This document shows, piece after piece, positions 9,220 to 18,980 of a stretch of 64,000 nucleotides of DNA. Source of the DNA: an uncultured Bdellovibrionales bacterium (GTDB taxonomy: Bacteria; Patescibacteriota; Minisyncoccia; Moranbacterales; UBA1568); NCBI GenBank assembly GCA_964428075.1, contig CAYRWQ010000001.1:1806-65805 (forward strand), written 5' to 3'. Position 1 is the stretch's first letter; each line of letters starts with the position of its first letter. The notes under the pieces were generated by a model. It saw only the letters and a list, made by a program, of their open reading frames with translations. It ran no database searches and was not told the origin of the DNA. Both the position numbers and the translations under genes were made by a program.

Positions 9220-11109
9220 ATGTGCGGTATCACCGGAAAAATCTCCCTAACACAGAAAAGAGTCTCCGTCCAAGAAATCATGGTAATGAACGATGCCATC
9301 AGACACCGAGGTCCGGATGATGGCGGAACCTATCTATCACCGGATCAGAAAATCGGTCTTGGACATCGTCGTCTCTCCATCATCGATCTCTCCCCTCTCG
9401 GTCATCAGCCCATGCGCTATCTGAATCGCTACGAAATTGTCTTCAATGGTGAGATTTACAATTTCCAAGAAAAACGCGAGGAACTGCAAAAGGCAGGGTA
9501 CACCTTCCGGTCCCATTCCGACACCGAAGTGATTCTCGCGCTCTATGATAAATACCGAGCAGGATGCCTCAAACATCTCCGAGGTATGTTCGCTTTCGCT
9601 CTCTATGATGAGCAAGAGCGTGTTCTCTTCGCCGCCCGTGACCGCGTCGGGAAAAAACCATTCAAGTATTTTTTCAATGGTCAGGTTTTTCTGTTTGCTT
9701 CAGAACTCAAAGCTATTCTCACTCAGCCAGAATATACACGGGAGCCAGATTACGAGGCCATTCACCATTACCTCACACTCCAATATGTCCCCGCACCTCT
9801 CACGGGTTTCAAAAACATCCAGAAACTCGAACCGGCGCATTCACTCTCACTCGACCTCAAAACGGGAAAGTTAGAAAAAAACCGTTACTGGAAAATTGAT
9901 GCTTCTGAAAAACTCGATCTCTCTGAATCAGAATGGAAAACACGTATCATTGATAAACTCGATGAATCAACTCGTCTTCGCATGATTTCAGACGTCCCAA
10001 TCGGAGCCTTTCTCTCAGGAGGTGTCGATTCAAGCGCGATTGTTGCCATGATGACCCGTCATTCCCATACGCCCATCAAAACTTTCTCCATCGGATTCAA
10101 AGAAGAGAAATTTAGCGAGCTCCCGTATGCAAAAATGATCTCCGAGCGATTCGCCACGGATCATACGGAGTTCATCGTCGAGCCACGCGCCATCGATCTG
10201 CTCCCGATGCTAGTCAAACACTACGAAGAACCGTATGCCGATTCGAGCGCACTCCCAACTTACTTTGTTTCCAAGCTCACCCGTGAACACGTCACCGTGG
10301 CACTCAATGGTGATGGCGGGGACGAAAACTTCGCTGGCTATAGCCGTTACAGCGCGTTTCAGCTCTCACTACTCTGCGAGCGATTCATCTGGCTCCACCA
10401 GCATATCGGCACCCCCCTCACCAAAACGGCCGCCAAGATGATACGAAATACGCTCTTTGATCGTCTCCATCGCTTCACTCGATCGCTTTCTCTTGACTAT
10501 CGCAAACGGTATATGGATTATACCGCGTATTTCACCGATACCCAGAAAGCCGCACTCTATACCGATACGTTCAAGCATCGGGTCGGACAACGATATACCT
10601 CAGAACTGATCGCTCAATCCTTTAGTCACGCGGGATCAACCGATCGTACCGAGCAAGCAGTCTACGCGGATTACGCCACCTATCTTCCAGACGATCTCCT
10701 GGTCAAGGTCGATATGGCGACCATGGCAGTTGCTCTCGAAGGCAGATCGCCATTTCTTGATCACGAAATGCTTGAACTCTCAGCTCAAATTCCGTTTCAT
10801 CTCAAAATCAAAGGGTTGAACAACAAAAAATACATCCTCAAAGAAGCGCTCCGCGGTGTTCTTCCTGACGAGATATTACTTCGTCCAAAAATGGGTTTTG
10901 GTGTTCCAATCGACATATGGTTCCGTAATGAACTCAAGGACTATGCTCACGAAAAACTCCTGCATGGACACCTCGTAAAAGACCGACTCTTCCGTCCGGA
11001 ATATATCAAGTTTATCCTTGATCGACATTGCTCTACCAATATAAACTTCGCGCCTCATATTTGGGCCCTCCTCACGCTCGAACTCTGGTTTGAGGAATAC
11101 TTCAATTAA
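9220..11109 (+). CDS. asnB: Asparagine synthetase (glutamine-hydrolysing) family amidotransferase, AsnB/WbpS-like
   Basis: MCGITG N-terminal nucleophile Cys, GATase-2 domain, SGGVDSS PP-loop; 629 aa; embedded in glycosyltransferase operon. Confidence 0.85.
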   Translation: MCGITGKISLTQKRVSVQEIMVMNDAIRHRGPDDGGTYLSPDQKIGLGHRRLSIIDLSPLGHQPMRYLNRYEIVFNGEIYNFQEKREELQKAGYTFRSHSDTEVILALYDKYRAGCLKHLRGMFAFALYDEQERVLFAARDRVGKKPFKYFFNGQVFLFASELKAILTQPEYTREPDYEAIHHYLTLQYVPAPLTGFKNIQKLEPAHSLSLDLKTGKLEKNRYWKIDASEKLDLSESEWKTRIIDKLDESTRLRMISDVPIGAFLSGGVDSSAIVAMMTRHSHTPIKTFSIGFKEEKFSELPYAKMISERFATDHTEFIVEPRAIDLLPMLVKHYEEPYADSSALPTYFVSKLTREHVTVALNGDGGDENFAGYSRYSAFQLSLLCERFIWLHQHIGTPLTKTAAKMIRNTLFDRLHRFTRSLSLDYRKRYMDYTAYFTDTQKAALYTDTFKHRVGQRYTSELIAQSFSHAGSTDRTEQAVYADYATYLPDDLLVKVDMATMAVALEGRSPFLDHEMLELSAQIPFHLKIKGLNNKKYILKEALRGVLPDEILLRPKMGFGVPIDIWFRNELKDYAHEKLLHGHLVKDRLFRPEYIKFILDRHCSTNINFAPHIWALLTLELWFEEYFN

Positions 11110-11114
11110 ACGCT

Positions 11115-11930
11115 ATGGCCAAACCGATCACCGTGATCATGTCCGTCTATAATGAACAGTCCGCCTATCTGACGGCGTCCATCGACAGTATACTGCATCA
11201 GTCCTATACGAACTTTGAGTTCATTATCATGAATGATGGGTCCAATTTCCCGCACATAGCACCGATATTACTGCAATATGCGCAACAAGATGATCGGATC
11301 ATACTCCTGAACAACACTACCAATCTCGGACTTACCGCCGCTCTCAACACAGCACTTACTCAAGCCACTGGAAAATACATCGCTAGAATGGATAGCGATG
11401 ATATCGCGCATTCCACTCGACTCGAAAAACAGTTTCAGTTTATGGAACAACACGCGCAGTATGCACTGTGCGGCTCTTGGGTTCTCCTCATCAATGAACA
11501 TGATCTCCCTACTGGAGAGAAAAAATCCCCAACTACCACGGAGGACATCAAAAAAAACCTGCTATGGTACAATTTTTTTACCCATTCTTCCCTGTTTTTC
11601 CGACGGGAAACAGCTCTCCTCATGCATGGCTATGACCCGTACTTCAAAAAAGCTCAAGATTATGATTTTCTCCTGAGGATCTCAGCCAAACATCCGGTCG
11701 CCATTCTTCCAGAATTTCTCTTATCCCTTCGACTGCACCAGCACAGTGTTTCTGTTCGTTCAAAAAAGGTGCAGGAACAATACGCAATCCGTGCACGCTG
11801 GAACGCTATTCGAAACTATGGGTATCCCAAGATTGATGCTTTCAAAATCATACCATCGATCATATACTTCTTTCTCATTCCAACCTGCCTGAAAGAAAAA
11901 ATATTCGATATTCTGTATAAGAAAAAATAG
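11115..11930 (+). CDS. GT2 glycosyltransferase
   Basis: ITVIMSVYNE...FIIMNDGS, ARMDSDD DXD motif. Confidence 0.8.
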   Translation: MAKPITVIMSVYNEQSAYLTASIDSILHQSYTNFEFIIMNDGSNFPHIAPILLQYAQQDDRIILLNNTTNLGLTAALNTALTQATGKYIARMDSDDIAHSTRLEKQFQFMEQHAQYALCGSWVLLINEHDLPTGEKKSPTTTEDIKKNLLWYNFFTHSSLFFRRETALLMHGYDPYFKKAQDYDFLLRISAKHPVAILPEFLLSLRLHQHSVSVRSKKVQEQYAIRARWNAIRNYGYPKIDAFKIIPSIIYFFLIPTCLKEKIFDILYKKK

Positions 11931-11942
11931 ATACAAAAACCG

Positions 11943-12977
11943 ATGTTTCTCCTCCAGGAATTCCTCAAGTCATTCGTCACAAGTCAAAAGATCCGTATCG
12001 GGTTTGTTCTTGATGTCTGGCCGACACCATACTACGGCAGACTGATGGCATCAACACGGCTCCGAGTCTACGATGTCATCCAAAATTTTCAAAACCATCC
12101 ACGGTACTTCCTCGAACTCTACAAGCCATGGAAACACTACGACATAGTGATTTTCCAAAAAAAATTTGACGCTTCAGCATTCAAACTCGCTCAAAAACTC
12201 AAGAAACAAGGAGTAAAAATAGTTCTGGATATCAATGTGAACTATTATGACACCACGATATCGGGTGTCCTCCACAAAAACGAGACACTGAATCACCCGC
12301 TCATTGTCACCTTCACCGGTATCACTGACAGCGTGATCACCAGCACGGAATATATAGCAAATTACGCAAAAAAACTGTTTCCCGGGAAGAAAATAGTCTG
12401 TATCCCAGAAAACATCACCGAGAATTTCTTTTCGGTCAGAAAAAACCCAAGAGATCAACAAGGGCCTCTAAAACTCATGTATGTCGGCTATGCCATAAAG
12501 GCACCAGAAATACTCGACATAGCAACCGCCCTTCAAAAACTACGCGCCAAGTATGTTTTCATGCTACTCGTCATCTGCGAAAAAGACCCAAAAATATCTC
12601 TACCCGGAATCGAGATACTCTACAGACGCTACCGACAAAAACACATTCATCAACAAATGCTCGAGGGCGATATCTGTGTCGCTCCCAGAGATCTGAATCA
12701 GTCTTACAATTTGGGCCACAGTTTCACAAAAATAGGATATCCTATGTCAATCGGAATCCCGGTTATCGCCAGTAAGATTCCTTCGTATGCTGACTCACCA
12801 GCCATACTGTGTGAAAACGAGACGGACTGGTATACTCATCTCGAAAGCCTGCTCACAGATCGAAAAAAACGCGCATCTATCGGGGAGGATGGGATTGCAT
12901 ACTGTCGAAAATATTTTTCCCAGTCGGTGATTACCAAAAAATACATGCGCTTATTTCGGGCGCTCTCAACATCATGA
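11943..12977 (+). CDS. GT-B fold glycosyltransferase-like protein (GT4-related C-terminus)
   Basis: IRIGFVLDVWPTPYYGRLMASTRLRVYDV N-terminus; C-terminal IGIPVIASKIP block; clear paralog of 31937..32962. Confidence 0.5.
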   Translation: MFLLQEFLKSFVTSQKIRIGFVLDVWPTPYYGRLMASTRLRVYDVIQNFQNHPRYFLELYKPWKHYDIVIFQKKFDASAFKLAQKLKKQGVKIVLDINVNYYDTTISGVLHKNETLNHPLIVTFTGITDSVITSTEYIANYAKKLFPGKKIVCIPENITENFFSVRKNPRDQQGPLKLMYVGYAIKAPEILDIATALQKLRAKYVFMLLVICEKDPKISLPGIEILYRRYRQKHIHQQMLEGDICVAPRDLNQSYNLGHSFTKIGYPMSIGIPVIASKIPSYADSPAILCENETDWYTHLESLLTDRKKRASIGEDGIAYCRKYFSQSVITKKYMRLFRALSTS

Positions 12978-14656
12978 ACACGCAAAAACTCATACAATAC
13001 ATGGAAGAGAATAAGTGGCTTATTGGCGCCATACTCTTTTTTATACTCTGGAAATTTTTTCTCATTCACATTCTCTGGCAGGATCGACTCATACCCCCTG
13101 AACCGGATGATTCCTATAACTACATCGCACAGATTACTTCTATTGCAGATTGTGAAGTATTCCATCCATGCTCATCGACCACCATCTCTATACGCGATGA
13201 CTCCGGATTTACCTATCTCTCATACCGCCTTTTCTTCGGACTACTCGCCAAAATCACACACCTTTCTCCACAGACGATATACCATATCAGTTTTTATGTT
13301 GGCACTCTGCTCCTGGCCCTTATCCTCTACCCATTCATAAGCATATTTACCAAAAATAAGCCTCTCATTGCCTGGTCGATATTCGTGCTCAGCTTCTATC
13401 ATGGCTTAGGCGAAACGCATGGTTTCTTCTGGGTTGTACCGAGCTTTTTCTCCGTGCTCCTCTTCTTCGTTCTTGCGATATACCTGCTCAGAGAAGAGAT
13501 AGCAATCAAAGCATGGCTTGTCTTTCTACTCACGGTTCTCTTTACTTTCTCTCACCCAACGAGTATTTTTCTCGTGTTTATTTTTCCTCTGTATCTCTTC
13601 ATTCTCTTTCTCCTCACCAAAAAGACCACTCCGATTCTCTGGAAAAGAGCGGTCTCCGTCATTTTGCTCACCGTCTTTTTGACCATCTTACCAAATCATC
13701 TCCTGCCTCGTCCTGATAATACATCCGATCAAAATGCCTACAGTCTTCGAGCGACTGTCACGAGAGCGCACTCCATCATCACCAAATTAACATCCAAGAA
13801 AGAAACCGGCGAACAAAAAACATCTCACTCAAGTGAAACTCAGTCCACCTTAGCATCCAATCACTCAAGTCAGAATCACTCCACTGTTGCCCAAAACTCT
13901 CAACAGGAATCATTCTCCTGGAGCCAAAAAATCGCTATGCTCCACAACACCTATTTCCGTTTCGTGTGGTTCCACCCAGTGTGTATGCTTCCTTGGCTGC
14001 TTTGTCTTTTCGTTCTGCTCTGGAAACGCACATTCGAAATACTCGCCTTCTTTATTGCTTCCTTGCTCTTTTTTATGGTTGCAACCCTGTTCAATCCATT
14101 TGGCTATCGCTCAGTTATCATTCTCTGGCCTCTCACATACATACTTCTCGCTTTCAGTAGCTGGCATCTCATCAGCATGGTGCGCGAACACACTGCAGCG
14201 AACACCAGAAAAATCCTCCTCGGCATCCTCTGCGCCCTCCTACTCGCCTTTTTCGCCATCAATGCGACTTTTGCATTTATTTTCAATGAAAACATGAGTA
14301 GACGCAATAACTACTTGATCGAACCAGCTCTAGTCGAGTATGTAGTACACAAAATCCCCCTCAATCAGACCGTGATGGTTCCACTTGAACTCGCTCTAGC
14401 GGAAATGTGGAGCCTTCCTGTACTGAGAACCAGAATAACTACGTACGCTGTACAACCAGACTACATAATATTGACTGACCTCACAAAAATACCAGCAGAA
14501 AAAAGATCATTACTTTTTCAAACCGTCGAAAGAGTAGCTGAAAAATTTGGTATCTCGATGCGCCAGGATCGACCGACAGTTCCATATACGAAACCGAGCG
14601 GCTATACCTTCGAAGAAAGTTTCGGCATGTTTGATATATATAAGAAACTGCCCTGA
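12974..14656 (+). CDS. Polytopic membrane protein (10+ TM) with Ser/Thr/Gln-rich linker; candidate GT-C/polymerase
   Basis: Long hydrophobic segments throughout; low-complexity TSKKETGEQKTSHSSETQSTLASNHSSQNHSTVAQNSQQ about 13780-13920; no recognisable catalytic family. Confidence 0.5.
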   Translation: MNTQKLIQYMEENKWLIGAILFFILWKFFLIHILWQDRLIPPEPDDSYNYIAQITSIADCEVFHPCSSTTISIRDDSGFTYLSYRLFFGLLAKITHLSPQTIYHISFYVGTLLLALILYPFISIFTKNKPLIAWSIFVLSFYHGLGETHGFFWVVPSFFSVLLFFVLAIYLLREEIAIKAWLVFLLTVLFTFSHPTSIFLVFIFPLYLFILFLLTKKTTPILWKRAVSVILLTVFLTILPNHLLPRPDNTSDQNAYSLRATVTRAHSIITKLTSKKETGEQKTSHSSETQSTLASNHSSQNHSTVAQNSQQESFSWSQKIAMLHNTYFRFVWFHPVCMLPWLLCLFVLLWKRTFEILAFFIASLLFFMVATLFNPFGYRSVIILWPLTYILLAFSSWHLISMVREHTAANTRKILLGILCALLLAFFAINATFAFIFNENMSRRNNYLIEPALVEYVVHKIPLNQTVMVPLELALAEMWSLPVLRTRITTYAVQPDYIILTDLTKIPAEKRSLLFQTVERVAEKFGISMRQDRPTVPYTKPSGYTFEESFGMFDIYKKLP

Positions 14657-14748
14657 AGCAAGTGGTTCCGGGGCACACCGTCTTGCACAACCAGACTATG
14701 TTGGTTATGCTTTGAAAGGCTCTCGTCTGTTCTGTAACCGTCTATCCT

Positions 14749-16794
14749 ATGCGTGCTCATATCCGTCACTGGCTGGCATCTCAAAGATATTTTTCGGCAC
14801 TTTCTCTCCTGCTTTTGTTGCATATCAACCTGTTCTTCCTCCATCGTATAGGTGACAACTTCTTTGTTTCATCGTTCCTGGCCATCTCTGGAGCGTTTTT
14901 TCTCGTCGTCGGATCGGGAATCAGTATCACAATCATCTTACAATGGCTTCTCAAACGAAAATTCGATTGGTGCGAGTTCCTGTCCCTCTCTTTCGTATCC
15001 AGCCTACTTATACCACCACTTCTTCTCAATCTGGAATTCTCACTCTTCAAAAACATAGCGGAGTGGTATCCACTCGCGAACAATCTCCTCCTCTGGAGTA
15101 TCGCGTCGACCATCTTATATTTCAACCGAACAACCCTACCGCCACTGCCGAAGAAGGTGCCCTTGCGACATCCACTGATATTCACCCTCTTGTTTGGGAT
15201 TGTTTTCATACTGGTTCAAGTACTGTCTTTCCAACCTCTTCCCGATCTAGATCCCTACAAATGGCTCTTTAAATACACCTACCAATTCGCCAGTCATCTG
15301 CTCGACTCTTCTGAACGCCCTCTTTTTGGCTCATACATTTATATCGCCACCACAGGGATGGGTGTCAGTATATTTCATTTTTTCAAATATGTTTTACCGT
15401 TTCTCGTACTCATGACCATCTTTCCGGCATGGATGGTGGCACGAACCTTCCTCAACACAAACAAACAGTGGATCTTTCTTCTGTTTATCTTCAGTATGCC
15501 GAATGCCATGCTGTACGTCGGAACTGCGATGCCACAAGTGCCCTTTATCATTCTTTCTTACTTCTTTATATTCTTCTTGCTGTACTCAAGCATACGACAA
15601 GATGATTTTTTCCTATACGCTGCCGGTATCTCTATCTTCCTCACCTTCTTTCATCATCAAGCCGCCTTCATTGTACTACTCGCATGGGTCATTCCGGTCA
15701 TATTCGCTAAAAGAAAACCGTTGCTTTCAAATAAGAAAATACTCTTTTTGATAGTACTGGTTCTACTGGTCAACCTACGGCACGTGCAGCCAATGTATGA
15801 ATTTGCTACCCACTGGATATCTCAAATCTTCCTGAGCTCCCTTGAAAAGAGCAGTCCTAACTGGCTCTACCCGACACAATATTCCAACGTTGACCGAAAT
15901 GCCATGGGCTGGAACTCCATCAGTGGTGTCATACAATTTTATGCATTCTATATCGGGCCGATGCTCGGTCTGATTTTATGCTCCTTCATGTGGCTTGTTT
16001 TCCAGAAAACATTCCGTGTTTCCATATTGAAACAGACAAGAGACAGTGTAGCTCTCTCCGTAGCATTGTGCTCTTTCCTCATCTTTTTCACTATCGCGGA
16101 AATTCTCCCCCGGTTTCCTGGTATCGCGCTCCTCCCTGATCGAGCTTGGATTTTTGGCGGGATTTTCTCGTACATTTTCCTGTATCTCATCCTAAAGCAC
16201 GCGCGAGAAATTTCTTCCAAAAAAATGCTGGTCCTCATCTTATTTTTCCTCCTTGGTATCTTCGGAGCGCTCTACATAAACTACTTGAAGCGCTATCTTA
16301 TTTCTCCCCTGCAATTAGAAAGTGCCGAGTGGATACAATCGCATCTGCCACAAGATCGTGTTTTCCTTTCGTACGGTTACAGAAGCCTCTTACCGGTCCA
16401 TGCCAATACTCCGATAGTCAATATCCCCAACGACCTCTATTGCGAGACCGATACGCAGGCATTTCAGACCGTTTTCAAGGATTTGCAATCCAGTACGAGA
16501 ATAAAAGTCATCAATCCACTCTCGCCTCCACCCCCCATATCCGCCCCAATCGCCAATAGATATATCTACAGCTTCAATACCATTCCGTCACTCGATGGAA
16601 AACCCTTGTACATTTACTACTCTCAAGTACACCTAAAAAATCCGTATCGTGAACGTCCATATAGTATGAAAACCTGGGGAATCAAACCATGTCCCGATGG
16701 GCAACTCCTCTTCGACCGCGACCCAGATACATTTCAGCGGATTTACAACAAGAAAGATGCATTTGATGAGGTGATTATCTGGAAAATCTTATGA
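14749..16794 (+). CDS. Polytopic membrane protein (12+ TM) with C-terminal soluble domain; candidate GT-C/polymerase
   Basis: 681 aa, hydrophobic helices to about residue 520 then soluble tail; translationally coupled to downstream GT4. Confidence 0.5.
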   Translation: MRAHIRHWLASQRYFSALSLLLLLHINLFFLHRIGDNFFVSSFLAISGAFFLVVGSGISITIILQWLLKRKFDWCEFLSLSFVSSLLIPPLLLNLEFSLFKNIAEWYPLANNLLLWSIASTILYFNRTTLPPLPKKVPLRHPLIFTLLFGIVFILVQVLSFQPLPDLDPYKWLFKYTYQFASHLLDSSERPLFGSYIYIATTGMGVSIFHFFKYVLPFLVLMTIFPAWMVARTFLNTNKQWIFLLFIFSMPNAMLYVGTAMPQVPFIILSYFFIFFLLYSSIRQDDFFLYAAGISIFLTFFHHQAAFIVLLAWVIPVIFAKRKPLLSNKKILFLIVLVLLVNLRHVQPMYEFATHWISQIFLSSLEKSSPNWLYPTQYSNVDRNAMGWNSISGVIQFYAFYIGPMLGLILCSFMWLVFQKTFRVSILKQTRDSVALSVALCSFLIFFTIAEILPRFPGIALLPDRAWIFGGIFSYIFLYLILKHAREISSKKMLVLILFFLLGIFGALYINYLKRYLISPLQLESAEWIQSHLPQDRVFLSYGYRSLLPVHANTPIVNIPNDLYCETDTQAFQTVFKDLQSSTRIKVINPLSPPPPISAPIANRYIYSFNTIPSLDGKPLYIYYSQVHLKNPYRERPYSMKTWGIKPCPDGQLLFDRDPDTFQRIYNKKDAFDEVIIWKIL

Positions 16795-17939
16795 ACATCC
16801 TTGATTTTTCACCCTATTACGCTCCCCATATCGGGGGCATGGAAAAATACGCCGAAGAACTCCATGAACACTTGGCCACACAGGGTTGCGACATTACCGT
16901 CTTCACTCCTCGTATACCAAAATCTATACCCGAGGAGGAAAACAAACCGCATATCCACATTATTCGCTATCCGGCATGCGAGATTATTTTCAATTACCCT
17001 CTCCCATGTGTCTGGGAAAAAGTGTTTTGGAAACAATGGAAGAAGATCAATGCCACACAATTCCATATCACCATTTCCACCGTTCGTTTTTTTGTCCAAC
17101 CACTGATGGCACTCTTTTTCGCCAAAAGACACCGGATTCCTCTCATACATATTGAGCACTGTAGCGACTATGTCAAGAATACATTTATCGTGTCATTCAT
17201 ATCGCGAATAGTCGATATGACCATCGGACGTTTCGCTCTTTCTCACGCCGATACCATTATTGCGCCATCGCAATCAGCCGCGCGATTCGTTCATATCCTA
17301 TCAAGGAGAAAAGCAACTATTATCTATCGCGGCATGCCATTTACTGAAATAGATGCCATTCCTCCAGACAACACACTGCGCCAACGCATCGGAGATAAAA
17401 CAGTAATCATGTATGTCGGTCGACTCATATTTGGAAAAGGAGTTATACGCGTCCTCAGAGCCATACGCTTACTACAGAGAAAAGATATCCTATTCCTCAT
17501 CGTCGGAGACGGCCCAGAAAGAAAACCCCTCGAGGAATACGTGGCTGAGCATGCTCTCTCAGAACAGGTCTCTTTTTTCGGAAACGTTCCTTTTCAACAG
17601 GTGATAAGTATGCTGAAAGTGACAGATATCTTTATCAACCCAAGTTATAATGAAGGACTCCCCACCTCTGTTTTAGAGGCCGGTGTTTGCCGACGCGCCA
17701 TTATCGCGACTTCTGTTGGAGGCACACAGGAAATACTGACTCATAACCAATCTGGAATCATCATTCCGCCCTACAGTACGCAAGCAGTGGCTCAGTCACT
17801 TACCCAACTCTTAGACAATGCTCCGTTGAGAGCCAAACTCGGAGAAAACGCCCGAATGGAAATCGAAGCCAAATTCGACTGGCAGAATACTATCGAAACA
17901 TACATGCAGACGATGAGGTCTTTACGCAAAAAAATATGA
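16791..17939 (+). CDS. GT4 glycosyltransferase
   Basis: MNILDFSPYYAPHIGGMEKY start; NPSYNEGLPTSVLEA; paralog of 8004..9176. Confidence 0.85.
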   Translation: MNILDFSPYYAPHIGGMEKYAEELHEHLATQGCDITVFTPRIPKSIPEEENKPHIHIIRYPACEIIFNYPLPCVWEKVFWKQWKKINATQFHITISTVRFFVQPLMALFFAKRHRIPLIHIEHCSDYVKNTFIVSFISRIVDMTIGRFALSHADTIIAPSQSAARFVHILSRRKATIIYRGMPFTEIDAIPPDNTLRQRIGDKTVIMYVGRLIFGKGVIRVLRAIRLLQRKDILFLIVGDGPERKPLEEYVAEHALSEQVSFFGNVPFQQVISMLKVTDIFINPSYNEGLPTSVLEAGVCRRAIIATSVGGTQEILTHNQSGIIIPPYSTQAVAQSLTQLLDNAPLRAKLGENARMEIEAKFDWQNTIETYMQTMRSLRKKI

Positions 17940-18946
17940 AAATCTTTATCCCGTTTACCATCAGAGAAACTGGCGGCACCTCGAGTTTCGCGAAAAAGTT
18001 TAAAGAGGGACTCGAGGCACAGGATCACACCGTCTTTTTCCGTTTTCAAGAAGATTACGACATTCTGTTTGTCATTGTTCAGTGCAGTCCGCTCTATCTC
18101 CTACACGCCAAATTCCATAAGAGAAAAATAGTGCAACGATTGGATGGCGTGTACTACTGGTCAGTAGCAAGTTGGAAGTACCTTTTGCTCAATTTTCCAC
18201 CTCGATTTATACACACGTGGTTCTCTGATTTCACCATATACCAAAGCCATTATAGTCAATATTGTGCCGATACATTTCTCGGAAAATGCAGAGACCAGCA
18301 ACACGCCCTTATCTACAACGGGGTCTCAACTCATGTCTTCTCTCCCGAAGGGGAAAAGGTAGAAACGCTCAGAGATAATCCGCAACAAACCGTCTTCATT
18401 ACCGTTTCCCAATTCCGGAGATCCGATCAGATTCTCCCCCTGATCGAAGCCATGGAGATATATCGGAGCCGCTACAATACCAATTGTAAGCTCATCATCA
18501 TTGGCGATTTCTCAAGGGAGGTCGCTGATATCCCCAACCGGTTCAAAAAGTGTACCTATCTCCACTTTCTCGGTACGGTTCGCAACGCAGATCTTCCAAA
18601 ATACGAGAGGTCAGCTGATGTGTTTCTGATGACGCATCTGAATCCTCCTTGCCCGAACAATGTAATCGAGGCAATGGCATGCGGTTTGCCTATCTGCGGA
18701 GTCAATGACGGCGCCATGGGAGAAATCACGATTCCTGGAGAAAATAGTCGCTTAATACCAGTCGAGGGAGATGCCTTTTGGAAAAGGAGAGTGTATAATA
18801 TGAGCCGGTTCGCGGATAATCTAGCTATCATCATGCAAGCCCGTGACGCATACGCAAAAAGTAGCCGCAGAATAGCCGAACAAAGATTCGAACTCACAAC
18901 CATGATCGAAAAGTATGTCCAGGCCTTTGAAAGCCTCCGTAAATAA
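17936..18946 (+). CDS. GT-B (GT4-like) glycosyltransferase
   Basis: C-terminal LMTHLNPPCPNNVIEAMACGLPICG block resembling GT4 EX7E region. Confidence 0.6.
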   Translation: MKIFIPFTIRETGGTSSFAKKFKEGLEAQDHTVFFRFQEDYDILFVIVQCSPLYLLHAKFHKRKIVQRLDGVYYWSVASWKYLLLNFPPRFIHTWFSDFTIYQSHYSQYCADTFLGKCRDQQHALIYNGVSTHVFSPEGEKVETLRDNPQQTVFITVSQFRRSDQILPLIEAMEIYRSRYNTNCKLIIIGDFSREVADIPNRFKKCTYLHFLGTVRNADLPKYERSADVFLMTHLNPPCPNNVIEAMACGLPICGVNDGAMGEITIPGENSRLIPVEGDAFWKRRVYNMSRFADNLAIIMQARDAYAKSSRRIAEQRFELTTMIEKYVQAFESLRK

Positions 18947-18980
18947 TAGTGTTCTCACTTGCTTATTCTATGCTCCTTCT

